From NCBI RefSeq assembly GCF_001194135.2, contig NC_068984.1, positions 33,729,136 through 33,777,396 of the forward strand: DNA of 48,261 nucleotides, read 5' to 3'. Below the pieces are notes generated by a model. That model was not told where the DNA came from. It was given only the letters and a program-made list of their open reading frames with translations, and did not search any database. Positions 1-11,445 of the stretch are shown here, one piece after another (positions within the stretch are counted from its first letter, which is position 1; every line of letters starts with the position of its first letter). The DNA comes from Octopus bimaculoides (taxonomy: Eukaryota). The position numbers were made by a program, and so were the translations under genes.

Positions 1-200
1 TATATATATAATTTGAACTTTGATGGGGGGGGGGCGGGCAACCAGATCGAACTGTCTTTTTTTGCCTGTCCTAATTTTTTTTTCTCCTGTCCGTCTTTGT
101 ATGATCTGGCTGTCCGAATGTTTTATTGTCCTTCATTGCGTTTTTGTTTCATTTATATATATATATATATATGTTAATGTTTTGTTTTATGTTCAGTAAT

Positions 201-242
201 AATAAGAAACAAATTTGCATTAATCTGATGGGTTACCCAATA
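201..242 (+). mobile_element. Solo right-terminal fragment of the same mariner family
   Basis: gcattaatctgatgggttacccaaTA matches gcattatctatggtattacccaaTA at 1176-1200, in the same orientation. Confidence 0.6.
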
Positions 243-330
243 CATTTCTACATTACAAGTGTACAAATTTATCATTCTTAAATAGGAATGCTGGGGAATA
301 TTAATGCAGTATGCGGGGATTGGATAATAA

Positions 331-1200
331 ATGCAAGCCAGTGTCAACGTCCTGCAATCCCTGGTGGAACAAAATCCCATTGTAACTGTTGAGGAACTAG
401 CAGAGAAACTTCAATTTGATCATTCAACCATTCATGGACACCTGCGTGCTATCGGAAAAGTCAGCAAATTGAGTCGAGGGGTTCCTCACAAACTTTCCGT
501 GTCTAATCGCTCGCAGATAGTGAGTGTGCTCTTCTTTCATGTCACGTCTCACGAATGAACATATATTGGACCGAGAAATGTGTCCTCTATAAAAAAATGT
601 CAATCGCTGAAGACAGTGGGTAGGGAAAGGAGAAAAACCAGGCTAAAGAAAGTCTTCACACACGTAAGGTGTTATCGGTTTGGTGGGATATGAAATGTTT
701 AGTCCACTTTGAATGTTTAAATCCAAACCAAACGATAACTCGTGGGATCACCTGTAAGCAGCTTGAGCGGTTTAAGTCAGCGCGAGAAGAAAAGTCACCA
801 TCTTTGGTTTCAAGATGATGTTATTCTTCCATCAGCATAATGCTCGGCCACATACAGCGTGGATGATATTCCAAAGACTTGAACAGGTTGAGTGAAACGA
901 TGCCAAATCCACCGTATTCGCCTGACATTGTCCCATCTGATTATCATTTATTCCGCTGTCTTCAAAATACTTTGGACGGAAAAAATATGAATTTTGTAGA
1001 CGAGGAGTATTTATAGACGAGGAGTATTTATAGACGAGGAGTATATATCGTCACGGACAAGGGAATTTTGGAAGATGGAAGAGCATTTGAGAAAATGAAT
1101 GAGAGTATATTTTAGATTAAAAGAAAGAACTATATCTATCATAATTTTGAAAAATAAAAGAAGTATAAAAGATCCGCATTATCTATGGTATTACCCAATA
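331..1200 (+). mobile_element. Decayed mariner (DD34D) transposon, 5'-truncated, with right terminus
   Basis: ORF 331-558 gives the HTH region and the WVPHEL-like motif (LAEKLQFDHSTIHGHLRAIGKV..RGVPHKL). Downstream frameshifted pieces read RKVLSVWWDMK, HQHNARPHT and PPYSPDIVPSDYHLF. The element ends in ...ttacccaaTA at 1200. Confidence 0.92.
997..1044 (+). repeat. 17-bp tandem repeat (about 2.8 copies) inside the mariner relic
   Basis: tagacgaggagtattta starts at 997, 1014 and 1031 (last copy partial). Confidence 0.9.
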
Positions 1201-1259
1201 TCTACATACAATATTTATGGTATATGTGTAATATAATATAATATAATACAAAATATATA

Positions 1260-1382
1260 NNNNNNNNNNNNNNNNNNNNNNNNNNNNNNNNNNNNNNNNN
1301 NNNNNNNNNNNNNNNNNNNNNNNNNNNNNNNNNNNNNNNNNNNNNNNNNNNNNNNNNNNNNNNNNNNNNNNNNNNNNNNNNN
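1260..1382. other. Assembly gap; other gaps at 9964-10634, 25733-26393, 28418-28904, 35244-35845 and 36863-37266
   Basis: N runs, mostly flanked by microsatellites. ORFs that cross them are artefacts. Confidence 1.
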
Positions 1383-2399
1383 ATATATGATGTTATAACT
1401 CTGTATACACATTAATTGTGTTTATATGTAAATATGAGAGTATATATTGAACAATATTACAGATATTATTAAAAAAAAAAATCGAAAGCCCTAACCATAT
1501 AATTCTTGTGTGTACTAATTCCATTTTTGCAGCAGACATCTTGGCTTTCTGCTAAAAAAAAAAATAAAAGAAAGATATATATTTTCAATGCATACATATC
1601 ATTAACAATGATAATGGTCAGCAAATCATTAGCAATAAAATATAACTCGTTCCTGTTATACCCTGGTCACGATTTCATACAGCCAACGGAAGAAACATTC
1701 TAGAATACTTACTGAAGCATAAAACAGTATAAAGAAATGACGAATCTAACATTTTTTTTTATGATATAGGAATTTGCTCCTTTATATTTCTATAGCTTTA
1801 TTATACTGTTTCTCTTCTTTTATTTGTCTAATCGTTTTCTTACTACTATTTCTATATCGTGCTTTTATTTCACCTTTCTTCAATTCTGTATTTTTAGTTG
1901 TTTTGATTTTGACATCATTTCACGATCTAGTGGGTATCGTAATGGTCTTTATTATTGTCAGTTTGGCTACAAACTGATCGCTAAAAATGACTTTTTCCCG
2001 TTGAAAACATAATGTGGTTTTTCTTTGGATATTTGGGAGTTTTATTTTGTTTTTTTTAGCATTGTTCTATTTTATTTTCTTCTTATTGTTTTTTTGTCTG
2101 TGTGTCTGACTTTTGGATGAAAAATAACTTTCTGATGAAGAAGAAAGTGTTATCACAAGAAAATATCAACTTTTTAGAATTGAGGAAATTGTGATTTAAA
2201 ATGAAATACATAATTCTAACATCGGACCACTCATGCGTGCGGAATTCAGCATCATGTATATGTACATACACGCACACACACACACAAACACATGCATATT
2301 TTATATTTGTTTGTCTATATTTATATATGTATATTTTACATGTGTATCTGTGTGCACAGGCATACATATTTATATGTACATATATATACACATTTACGT

Positions 2400-2421
2400 A
2401 TATAGCTATATATATATACAC

Positions 2422-2462
<41 letters not shown>
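2400..2462. repeat. (TA)n microsatellite within a TA/CA-rich tract; (GT)n/(GA)n follows at about 2755-2833
   Basis: Direct reading. Confidence 0.95.
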
Positions 2463-2464
<2 letters not shown>

Positions 2465-2753
2465 CACGTTTATTCTCTTGCATACACATACAAGTGTACG
2501 CATGCATGTGCTATGTATTTAGGATACGTATATCATATCTATAATTGTTAATTATCTGTTTATGTGCGACAGCTATGATTTCAGCTCTCCGTACCATCTG
2601 AAAAATTGTATGATGGGATAATATTTTCCGTATCAGAAGAGAAGGTAGCGTAACTTTTCATCAGGTTTTCGTTGCCAAAAACAAAGCAAATTTCAATGAT
2701 ATATTGCATATTTTATATATATGCCTGTATAAGTGTGTAAGCTTGCACGCGTA

Positions 2754-2791
<38 letters not shown>

Positions 2792-3152
2792 TATATGCAT
2801 GTATATATACAGAGAGAGAGAGAGAGAGAGAGAGGTAGAAAGAAAAATACACAAATAGATAGATAAATAATATATACATATATATGCATAGATTATTTAT
2901 ATTATTATTTGATTGAACGCCACGCATCCATTTCCTAGTAAGTTTATCTTTATCTTTTTCATGCAACCCTAATCTATACTGTTTTCTCTCACATCCTTTC
3001 TCTAATTCCCTTGCCTCCTCCCCTTTACCGTTTTCTATCTGTCTCTCTCACTCTTTCTCCGTTTCTCTCTCTTTCGTTGCTCACACGTGACCATCGTCCA
3101 TCTTTCTCTTTCTCACGTGATATACATATATATATACATATATATATATATA

Positions 3153-3298
3153 TGTTTGAGTTCAAATACCGCCGAGGCCGACTTTGCCTATCATCCCTTC
3201 GGGGTCGATAAATTAAGTACCAGTTGCGTACTGGGGTTGATCTAATTGACTGGCCCCTCCCCCAAAATGTCGGGCTTTGTGCCTTGAGTAGAAAAAAA
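3153..3298 (+). mobile_element. tRNA-derived SINE, family A, 5'-truncated
   Basis: B-box-like gagttcaaat, central gactttgcctatcatcccttcggggtcgataaattaagtaccag and tail gtgccttgagtagaaaa. Matches the full copy at 9228-9448. Confidence 0.9.
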
Positions 3299-4723
3299 TA
3301 TATATGTATATATATGTGTCTGTGTGTGTGTGTCTGTGTGTTTGTCTATGTCTCTGTGTGTGTACATGAGAGTAAAGGACGTCTGCATAACTTAGTACTC
3401 CTTTATTCTAATTGTTACCTACGTTTCAGTATTCGGCAACACATTATGTTAAACTTTAGTTAGAGCCACTATATGCACACGTTATGTTGCATCTATAATA
3501 GAACGTATTGTATTGGTGGATGGTGAAATATATTTAACAGTTGGAATTAAAGTGTACCAAGTTACGCCGAAGTTCTTTTCTCTTATTATTGTTCTGCTCC
3601 TTCTGTTACGTCATTTCCTGCTATCTAATACAGACTAGATGTGAGCCCTAAGGTCGATTAACATGAGACTCGAAACATGAACGGTTTAATTGCCGAGCGT
3701 GGGAGCATCCAGTCATACCTACATATATACGTATATGCATGTGTTACTGTGCTTGAATGAATGTACGTACGTATGTATGTATGTATGTATGTATGTATGT
3801 ATGTCGGGGAAAATCAAGAGAAAACCAAACAGGCGTAGCCCATCTTCTGTAGTTCTTTTTGAAGAATAGATCTAATATATAATGAAATGTCTGCACCGCT
3901 GAAATCGCAGTATGCATGTGATGATGATATTCCCGTGTAACAATATGCAAAGCATATTAAAATGTAGAAATACAGTGAAAAAACCAATGATATATGAAAG
4001 ATTTGAGAAAATTACCATCTCACAAAGTTAACACGAAAATCTGCTAATGTATTTTTTTTCTTGGTAACTAAAGTAGCATAAATCATTGCTTACAATGTGA
4101 AATGTTACGTCTTCCAAGATCTAAATATATATTATGGAGTTGAAATTTCATCCCATGCAGAACCATTCCACTTCATGGTAATGGTATTTTCTCCATTTCA
4201 ACCTGGCAACCATCATGTGATGTGATGTAGGTCTATTCTAGCACATGCTTAGAGCTATAGGTGTCATACTCAATAGATTTCTTTTCGTTGAGAATGACCA
4301 TTACAATAATATTTTGGCAATGAAATCCTGTATAATATAATATCTTCCAGTTTCACATTAGAAAGCACTTCTTTGCAATGAAAACACAATATATAACTTC
4401 AGCTGTTAAATTTTCCACAAACGAAAATTCTGTTCTTCAAAGCTTTTAGCTAAAAATATAATTATATAACTTCTACATGATTCTTTTTTAACATAGATAG
4501 AAACATAGAAACTAGTGGCTATAAAATCATATATACAAATGATGAATGTTTAAACAGCATTCTCTACGGATCTGTTTTTAACCTTTATTTTTCATGCATG
4601 CATATGCTTATATGTACGTACATGTATATATACCGACACACGCACGAACGCACACACACACACACACACATCACATACAAACTCACATGCATACATGCAT
4701 AGATACATTCAGATATCTATCTG

Positions 4724-4787
<64 letters not shown>

Positions 4788-7334
4788 AACACATAAGTAT
4801 GTGTGTGTGTGATAACATTATCGCTTTACCTCATCAGTCTGGTACGCTCTGAAAACGAGCAGCGTCATTCTCCTGCCCCTCATACAAAAATTCATAACTC
4901 GTGCGCATTTTGTTAATATAGTTATAGTAGTGCCCAAGATCTTTTCTTTTATCATTGCTGTGCTCTTTGGATTACGAAGGAAGAGATGGATCGAAAACAT
5001 AGCATTTCAGTGATTTAACCATTGTGCGTGTTCACGAGTACTCAGTTGGTTACCATTTAGATGATCTTTTTGTTAAGAGAATGTGATGCATGATGTTTTG
5101 TGTACTGTATCTGCACTGTCCCAGATTTCTGAAATATACCTTCTAATACGTTGCGCTTGTATTTGGTAGCAAGTCAAAAAAGTGTACCGAGGAAATTATT
5201 TCGTAACACTTAAGAGAGACGTTAGTCTTCGCAATGAACACAGCATGACTCTCTACAAATGGAACTGTTGCATCAAAATTGTGTACTATATTTAAGTTAC
5301 TGAGAAGTAACAATTGCATTAAACGAATATTTCAGAAGTATGTCAACGTATTAACTTTGTGAAGAAGAAAAACAAATGCACTAAATTTTAATCATTCTCC
5401 ATTTCTTTATATAATAATCTTGAAATGTAGCATACAGATTCTGAGATGTTAAATTTGTTTCAATAATAATCATTAAATCTGCATTCGTTTTCATATATAC
5501 CATAATACTTTCAAACTATGATACCCCGATTATACCAGATCCCCTCTGAATCAATGAATTTCAGTCAGTGATTCAGATCTTTCTAAAATACAGACAGAGG
5601 AGAGATCAGTCTCCTTAACATTAAATAAACTTCCATCACACCCACAAGAGATACCACGAAATATTATCTGTACTGTACGAGGACAGTGCCTGCGATGAAA
5701 CTGGTACGAAACGCTTTGGGCCTGATTTTGTCTTTCGAACGGTGTTGAGAGGAAATTTGTATACATACACAATTGCTAGTTCTCCACAAAAAGAAAATCC
5801 TTGCGCATACTTCCATTTGCCTGATACTTAGACCGTTGTCTTTGATCATCCATCAAAGATTGTGGTCGTCGTTCTTTTCTTTAATTTCACATGTGATAAG
5901 TTTCTTACGTAGAATTAGTCTCGGTGATGTATCTGAAGATTCTGTGGTGATTGTGTACTCTTTGTTTGAATGTATGTTCGACCATGCCTGAATAACAGAG
6001 TGTCTTTTTCACTCGGTTTCGCTTTCAGTTAATTTCAAGTGAATCCGGACTCACTCATCATTAGAACTCCCTTGACCATAAGTCAGGATTTATTTGTGGT
6101 TCTTCAGAAAAGCAATAGAAACTAAGTATATCATGGAAATGGGTTGCATTTATAGATCCTCCTTGTTAGTGCGACATTTACACCTTATTCTTTTAAAGCA
6201 TAGTAGCTGGATCTTACATATTATCGCTGTAAAACTTTAAGAAGGAGATAAATAATTGCTTAGAATATTACTGAATCATTTGATTATTACATTCATTAGA
6301 TATCTGGCATGTATGACAGACTTTGAGGAAGGTAGGCAAATGCATATTAAGTTATAGATATAAACAAGCAGATCGGCAAACAGTCTCTCAGATCATCAGA
6401 TAGTCTAATATACAGGTGGAGATGTAGACATACTTACAGACAGACAGGTACACAATGAGTCACAAAAACAATGTGAAAATAAAAGTTACAGATTCGGGAA
6501 GAACAAAAGTGTTTCTAGAGCTCCACAGCAGAACTGGTATGGAAGATTCGAGTTCAGAAAATCAAAAACAAACAACATATTTTTCTATTTTTAATGTCTA
6601 TATAACAATTTATTTCCCTAGTTAAAGAGTAACATTCTAGAAGTGTTCATGCTTTTGATTTTCTGTTTGTTCTTTTTTTTTTCTTTACTTTTTTCCCCAA
6701 TTACTATTGATATTTCGTTATTTGCCCTTAACATAAGCTCCGGCGATAGTAAGAGAACTAATTTACTTCTACTTCAATACGAATCAAACGAACATAGTTT
6801 CGAGAGGCACTAGAGAATCAGTCTATATATAACATGATTCTATGCCATATGGAATGATACCAGCATAAGAACTTTTCAGATACCTCAAGCCGTCATTATT
6901 ATTGGGGAAATATATAAAATTAGATTCTGTAAGAGCAGGGTAAATGATTGACGACCCGATTTCAATAACAACATGATGATGCCAGAATCTTGATAATGAG
7001 AGGGACGACAACGAAGACAATGACAATAATGGTTATGGTCATAATGATGATGATGACGACGGCGTCGACGACAACGATCAGGATGATACCTGACATTGAT
7101 TCAACTTATAATATATGCGTGGAAGAGATAATTTCGATTTTATATAAACCGTTGTTCAATAATGGCACTTATTTTACGAAGGTGGTATAGGGGAAAAGTA
7201 AAATCGATGTAATGTAATTCATAAACTGAAAACATTTGCAAATAAATTACACCTTCTCGCACGAGAACTTATATACTTCACATTTGTTCATTCACTGTTC
7301 AATTTAATAATGGTTTCTAATGCAGACTTAAGGC

Positions 7335-7890
7335 CAGATATTTTTAAGGAAATGTTTAATCAATATCCTTGACCCCCACAAATATCGCTGATACTTTATA
7401 TTATCGATTCCGAAATGCTGAAAGGCAAAGTTACCCTCGATGGTATTCGAACTCAGAATGTACAATGCCAGAAGAGATGCCGTAAAACATGTCTTCCAAG
7501 CGCTAGATATTCTACCAGCTACCAAATATTGAATCAAAACCAGCAGTTATGAGCGTAGGGAATTGGCTGACCATCAATTCACTACTTGACAGGTACTTTA
7601 TTTTATCGAGCCCAGAAGAAAAGCAAAGTTGGTTTCGGTGGGATCTGAACTCATAAAGTAAAGAGCCTAAAGAATGCTGCAAATCATTTTAACTTCCGTT
7701 CTAAGGATTCTGTCAGTACGCCTCTTTAAATATAATGGTTTCACATTTTGGCACAAGATCAGGTTTGTTAGTGGGGAAAGGTAAAACGATTACATTGACT
7801 CCAGAACTTTACTGGTAATTTGTTTTATCGAATCTGGAACGATGAAGGCAAAGTTGAATTCTGAAGGTTTGAACTCAGAATGTAGCGAGC
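7335..7890 (-). mobile_element. Three old family A SINE copies in head-to-tail tandem (about 7335-7525, 7545-7725, 7735-7890)
   Basis: Each shows the + strand signature ttatcga....ggcaaagt....gaactca of a minus-strand copy. Confidence 0.75.
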
Positions 7891-8008
7891 TCAGCTGGTA
7901 AAGGTCAAGCCGATCTTTTATACCAAGACAAAACAATGTACATGATAACACTTCTAGTTAGTTAAGATCAGAAGCCTTGAAAGTCACTCCTGTTACTTGT
8001 GGTTGTTG

Positions 8009-9057
8009 TTATTACCTCCGCCTTCGCTAACGTGGAGGTATTGTTTTCAGTCGTGTTTGTTAGTTTGATCATGGACAAGATATCTCAAAAACCGCTGGAT
8101 GGATTCCAACAAAACTTTCAGGGATGTTTGTCCTCGTGACTAGCACGAACTGATTAGATTTTCGGATTGATTCGGTACCGGATAAGGATTCAGGATTATT
8201 TGTTATATTTGCTTTACATTACATGAAGTATTACGTACGATCTTACGTTTACTTTCAAGTTATTATCTGATTGTCTCCCTTGAAAGCACACTCGTGAGTT
8301 TCCACGTAAGTTATGACGGTGTTGCTGTTTTCAAAGTTTTATTTTCGTTTCCCTATTATTAATTTTACTCGAGCCTTTATCTTAGTGTAAGTTGATGGAT
8401 AAAGAAATCAAACTATACTGAACAAACAGCAGTAAAACCGTTCAGAAATTAAATAACACTAACATATTCAGTAACACTAATAGATTTAATTTATCCTCAA
8501 TAATTTATAGTTTTGCCAATTTTGAATATACCGCTCCTCTAAGAAACTTCTTACCTACTTGACAATTGCATTTCTACTTCTGCCTTCAAGGAAGCTTTAC
8601 TTCTTGGACTCCCGTTTTTGTGCGCAACAATGTTGTTAAACCTTCTTTAAAAGCGCCGTACGCAGATCCTTTCCATTTTCTTTCACGCAAGGATAAATTT
8701 TTCATTATAGGCATTAATGGTCGTAAAGACACTATATCAATCGATAGACTAACAAAGGCCTTCATAGAGAAAACTATCCCTGTTCCCACTGCAGACGACA
8801 CACACGCAGCATTACAAACACGGCCCGCACACCCACCTTCATATTCTATGATTACAACTGAGATTGATCAGATACCGGACAAGGATTCTGGATTATTTTT
8901 CCGGTTGTCTTAGTTAAGGCTTAGACCGGTCGGGTTCGTTTTTAGCATTCTCGTTTGTGAGAGCAGTCGAGTCTATTTCAGATATTCTCATTTTAAAAAT
9001 CATTTCCGACGTTGGTATTGACTTAGAGGAGGTTTGCGCTGTCTGAATGCTCTTGTT
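8009..9057 (+). mobile_element. Non-autonomous Helentron-type (HINE/DINE-1-like) element, split by foreign sequence
   Basis: 5' ttattACCTCCgcc..gtGGAGGT hairpin and subterminal IR followed by gtttgttagttt. The 3' subterminal GGAGGT at 9029-9034 is followed by a degenerate hairpin gcgctgtctgaatgc and a T-rich end. These asymmetric subterminal IRs are the HINE hallmark. Confidence 0.6.
8614..8769 (+). mobile_element. Gypsy LTR-retrotransposon integrase C-terminal fragment (GPY/F region)
   Basis: VFVRNNVVKPSLKAPYADPFHFLSRKDKFFIIGINGRKDTISIDRLTKAFIE matches the Gypsy pattern VFVR.D.v...L..PY.GPF.vl.R.dk.f.i..nG...tvSiDRLKpa. Confidence 0.85.
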
Positions 9058-9076
9058 ATTGTTGTTGTTGTTGTTA

Positions 9077-9173
<97 letters not shown>

Positions 9174-9183
9174 TAATAATAAC

Positions 9184-9214
<31 letters not shown>

Positions 9215-9227
9215 TAATTATTATTAA
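9055..9227. repeat. Compound (GTT)n-(ATT)n-(AAT)n microsatellite
   Basis: Direct reading. Confidence 0.97.
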
Positions 9228-9448
9228 GGCGGCGAGCTGGCAGAATCGTTAGCACGCCGGGCGAAATGCTTAGCAGTATTTCGCCTGTCGCTATGTTCTG
9301 AGTTCAAATGCCGCGAAGGTGGACTTTGCCTTTCCTCCTTTCGGGGTTCGATGAATTAAGTACCAGTTACTCACTGGTATCGATATAGTCGACTGGTTCC
9401 CTCCTACAAAATTTGAGGCGATGTGCCTAGAGTAGAAAGGATTATTAT
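9228..9448 (+). mobile_element. Full-length tRNA-derived SINE, family A
   Basis: Head ggcggcgagctggcagaatcgttagcacgccgggcg (A-box-like), B-box-like gagttcaaat, conserved central domain, tail gtgcctagagtagaaaggattattatt. Confidence 0.93.
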
Positions 9449-11249
9449 TTGTGTTGCTGTTAGTAATGTTGAGTTTGATGACGACTATGAGGATGATGAT
9501 AACGATGATGATGATCTGTGACAAAAATGACAACTGCATTATAATTAACGACTTGGAATTCTAAATTACTATAATACTGTGCACCAGTGAGCTGTAAAAA
9601 TAACCAATAACTTTCACTGACCTAGCTGTTGAACTAAAATGATTTTATGCCATTTAAGGAATATGTCCATCATTCTATTCGTAATTAAGACAACTGATGC
9701 TATACAGAACCATTTATATAAAGACGTTGACAAATTAGTTGTGAGAAAAGACAGAAACACATTGTAGAAAAAGTGTCTGGAGTATTTTCACACTGCAATT
9801 GTTAACCTTGAATATTTTTGTTAACCTTAAACATATTGCTCAGCTTTAGGTATTCTCGTTAATCTTATAAGATTCTTCTTCCACCTAATATAACCATGTC
9901 TGTATTCCATTCAGTATTCGTGTAAATACAGATACCTTTATCTATCTATCTATCCATAATATANNNNNNNNNNNNNNNNNNNNNNNNNNNNNNNNNNNNN
10001 NNNNNNNNNNNNNNNNNNNNNNNNNNNNNNNNNNNNNNNNNNNNNNNNNNNNNNNNNNNNNNNNNNNNNNNNNNNNNNNNNNNNNNNNNNNNNNNNNNNN
10101 NNNNNNNNNNNNNNNNNNNNNNNNNNNNNNNNNNNNNNNNNNNNNNNNNNNNNNNNNNNNNNNNNNNNNNNNNNNNNNNNNNNNNNNNNNNNNNNNNNNN
10201 NNNNNNNNNNNNNNNNNNNNNNNNNNNNNNNNNNNNNNNNNNNNNNNNNNNNNNNNNNNNNNNNNNNNNNNNNNNNNNNNNNNNNNNNNNNNNNNNNNNN
10301 NNNNNNNNNNNNNNNNNNNNNNNNNNNNNNNNNNNNNNNNNNNNNNNNNNNNNNNNNNNNNNNNNNNNNNNNNNNNNNNNNNNNNNNNNNNNNNNNNNNN
10401 NNNNNNNNNNNNNNNNNNNNNNNNNNNNNNNNNNNNNNNNNNNNNNNNNNNNNNNNNNNNNNNNNNNNNNNNNNNNNNNNNNNNNNNNNNNNNNNNNNNN
10501 NNNNNNNNNNNNNNNNNNNNNNNNNNNNNNNNNNNNNNNNNNNNNNNNNNNNNNNNNNNNNNNNNNNNNNNNNNNNNNNNNNNNNNNNNNNNNNNNNNNN
10601 NNNNNNNNNNNNNNNNNNNNNNNNNNNNNNNNNNTGGTGGCGGCGGTGGTGGTGGTGGTGGTGGTAATGATGCTAGGCATTGGGTATGCTCTGATGAAGT
10701 ATTAAGCAGTAGATCTTATGGATTCGGATGTTAACTGAATGGAATTGTTTACATATTTTGTCATATCGTGGACATGCTTTGTCTTAGTGTTGAAGATGGA
10801 CTACAGCAAATATTATAGTAATTTGGAATTTTAGTTTGCTAAAAAGATGGACTTCAGCTCTATACCGCCTATTTCCTTGTCAGTTGCTTATGAGCAGGAG
10901 ACGTAGGAAGCATCATGACCCTGTGTTGAGAGGAATTTTGAGGGAGTTCGAGAATTCACCTCTTGAAACATGGGTATTTCATTCATCATCCTTAAACAAC
11001 CCTTATTTAGGGACATTTTTCCACGATGGGCTGCTTGACCTCAAGAAAATTCTAACAAAGACTTGCAAGGTCACACGTAGTTTATCGAGATATGCGATCA
11101 CCATGTAGCGCACAAATAGTCATGATATGATGATTGTGCCTGGTGCACCTTATCAAACGAATAGTCATTGTGGGTATATTAGGCTTTGTATTTGTCTCCC
11201 CAGCGTCACTGTGATGCCATGCGCCGCTCTCCCACATGATAAGAGAAAT

Positions 11250-11445
11250 AATTTTGGTAGTAGGCCAGCGATTCCAGGGCTGGTTGAAATTTGATAAGAT
11301 CAACCACAGTGCTCAACTTGTATTTATTTTATCGACCCCGAAAGAATAAAAAACAGAGTCGACGTCGACGGTATATGAACTCAGATTTTGAAGATCCGGA
11401 AGCAATGACGTAAAACATTTTACCCGACGCACTACCGATTCTTCC
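11250..11445 (-). mobile_element. Diverged family A SINE; another fragment lies at about 11480-11590
   Basis: tttatcgaccccgaaag..gtcgac..gaactcag..ccgattcttcca on the + strand. Confidence 0.75.

Noticed and set aside
6020-6062. Minus-strand TGATGA-gtgagt-ccgg-attcac-tt-GAAA hairpin
   Set aside because: C3 is missing, two extra nucleotides precede GAAA, and no stem I or cleavage triplet was found.
9228-9310. tRNA gene
   Set aside because: A- and B-box-like motifs are present, but there is no cloverleaf and the sequence continues into the SINE body.
10836-11230. 90-aa ORF and neighbouring open frames
   Set aside because: No recognisable family or motif; within chance expectation.
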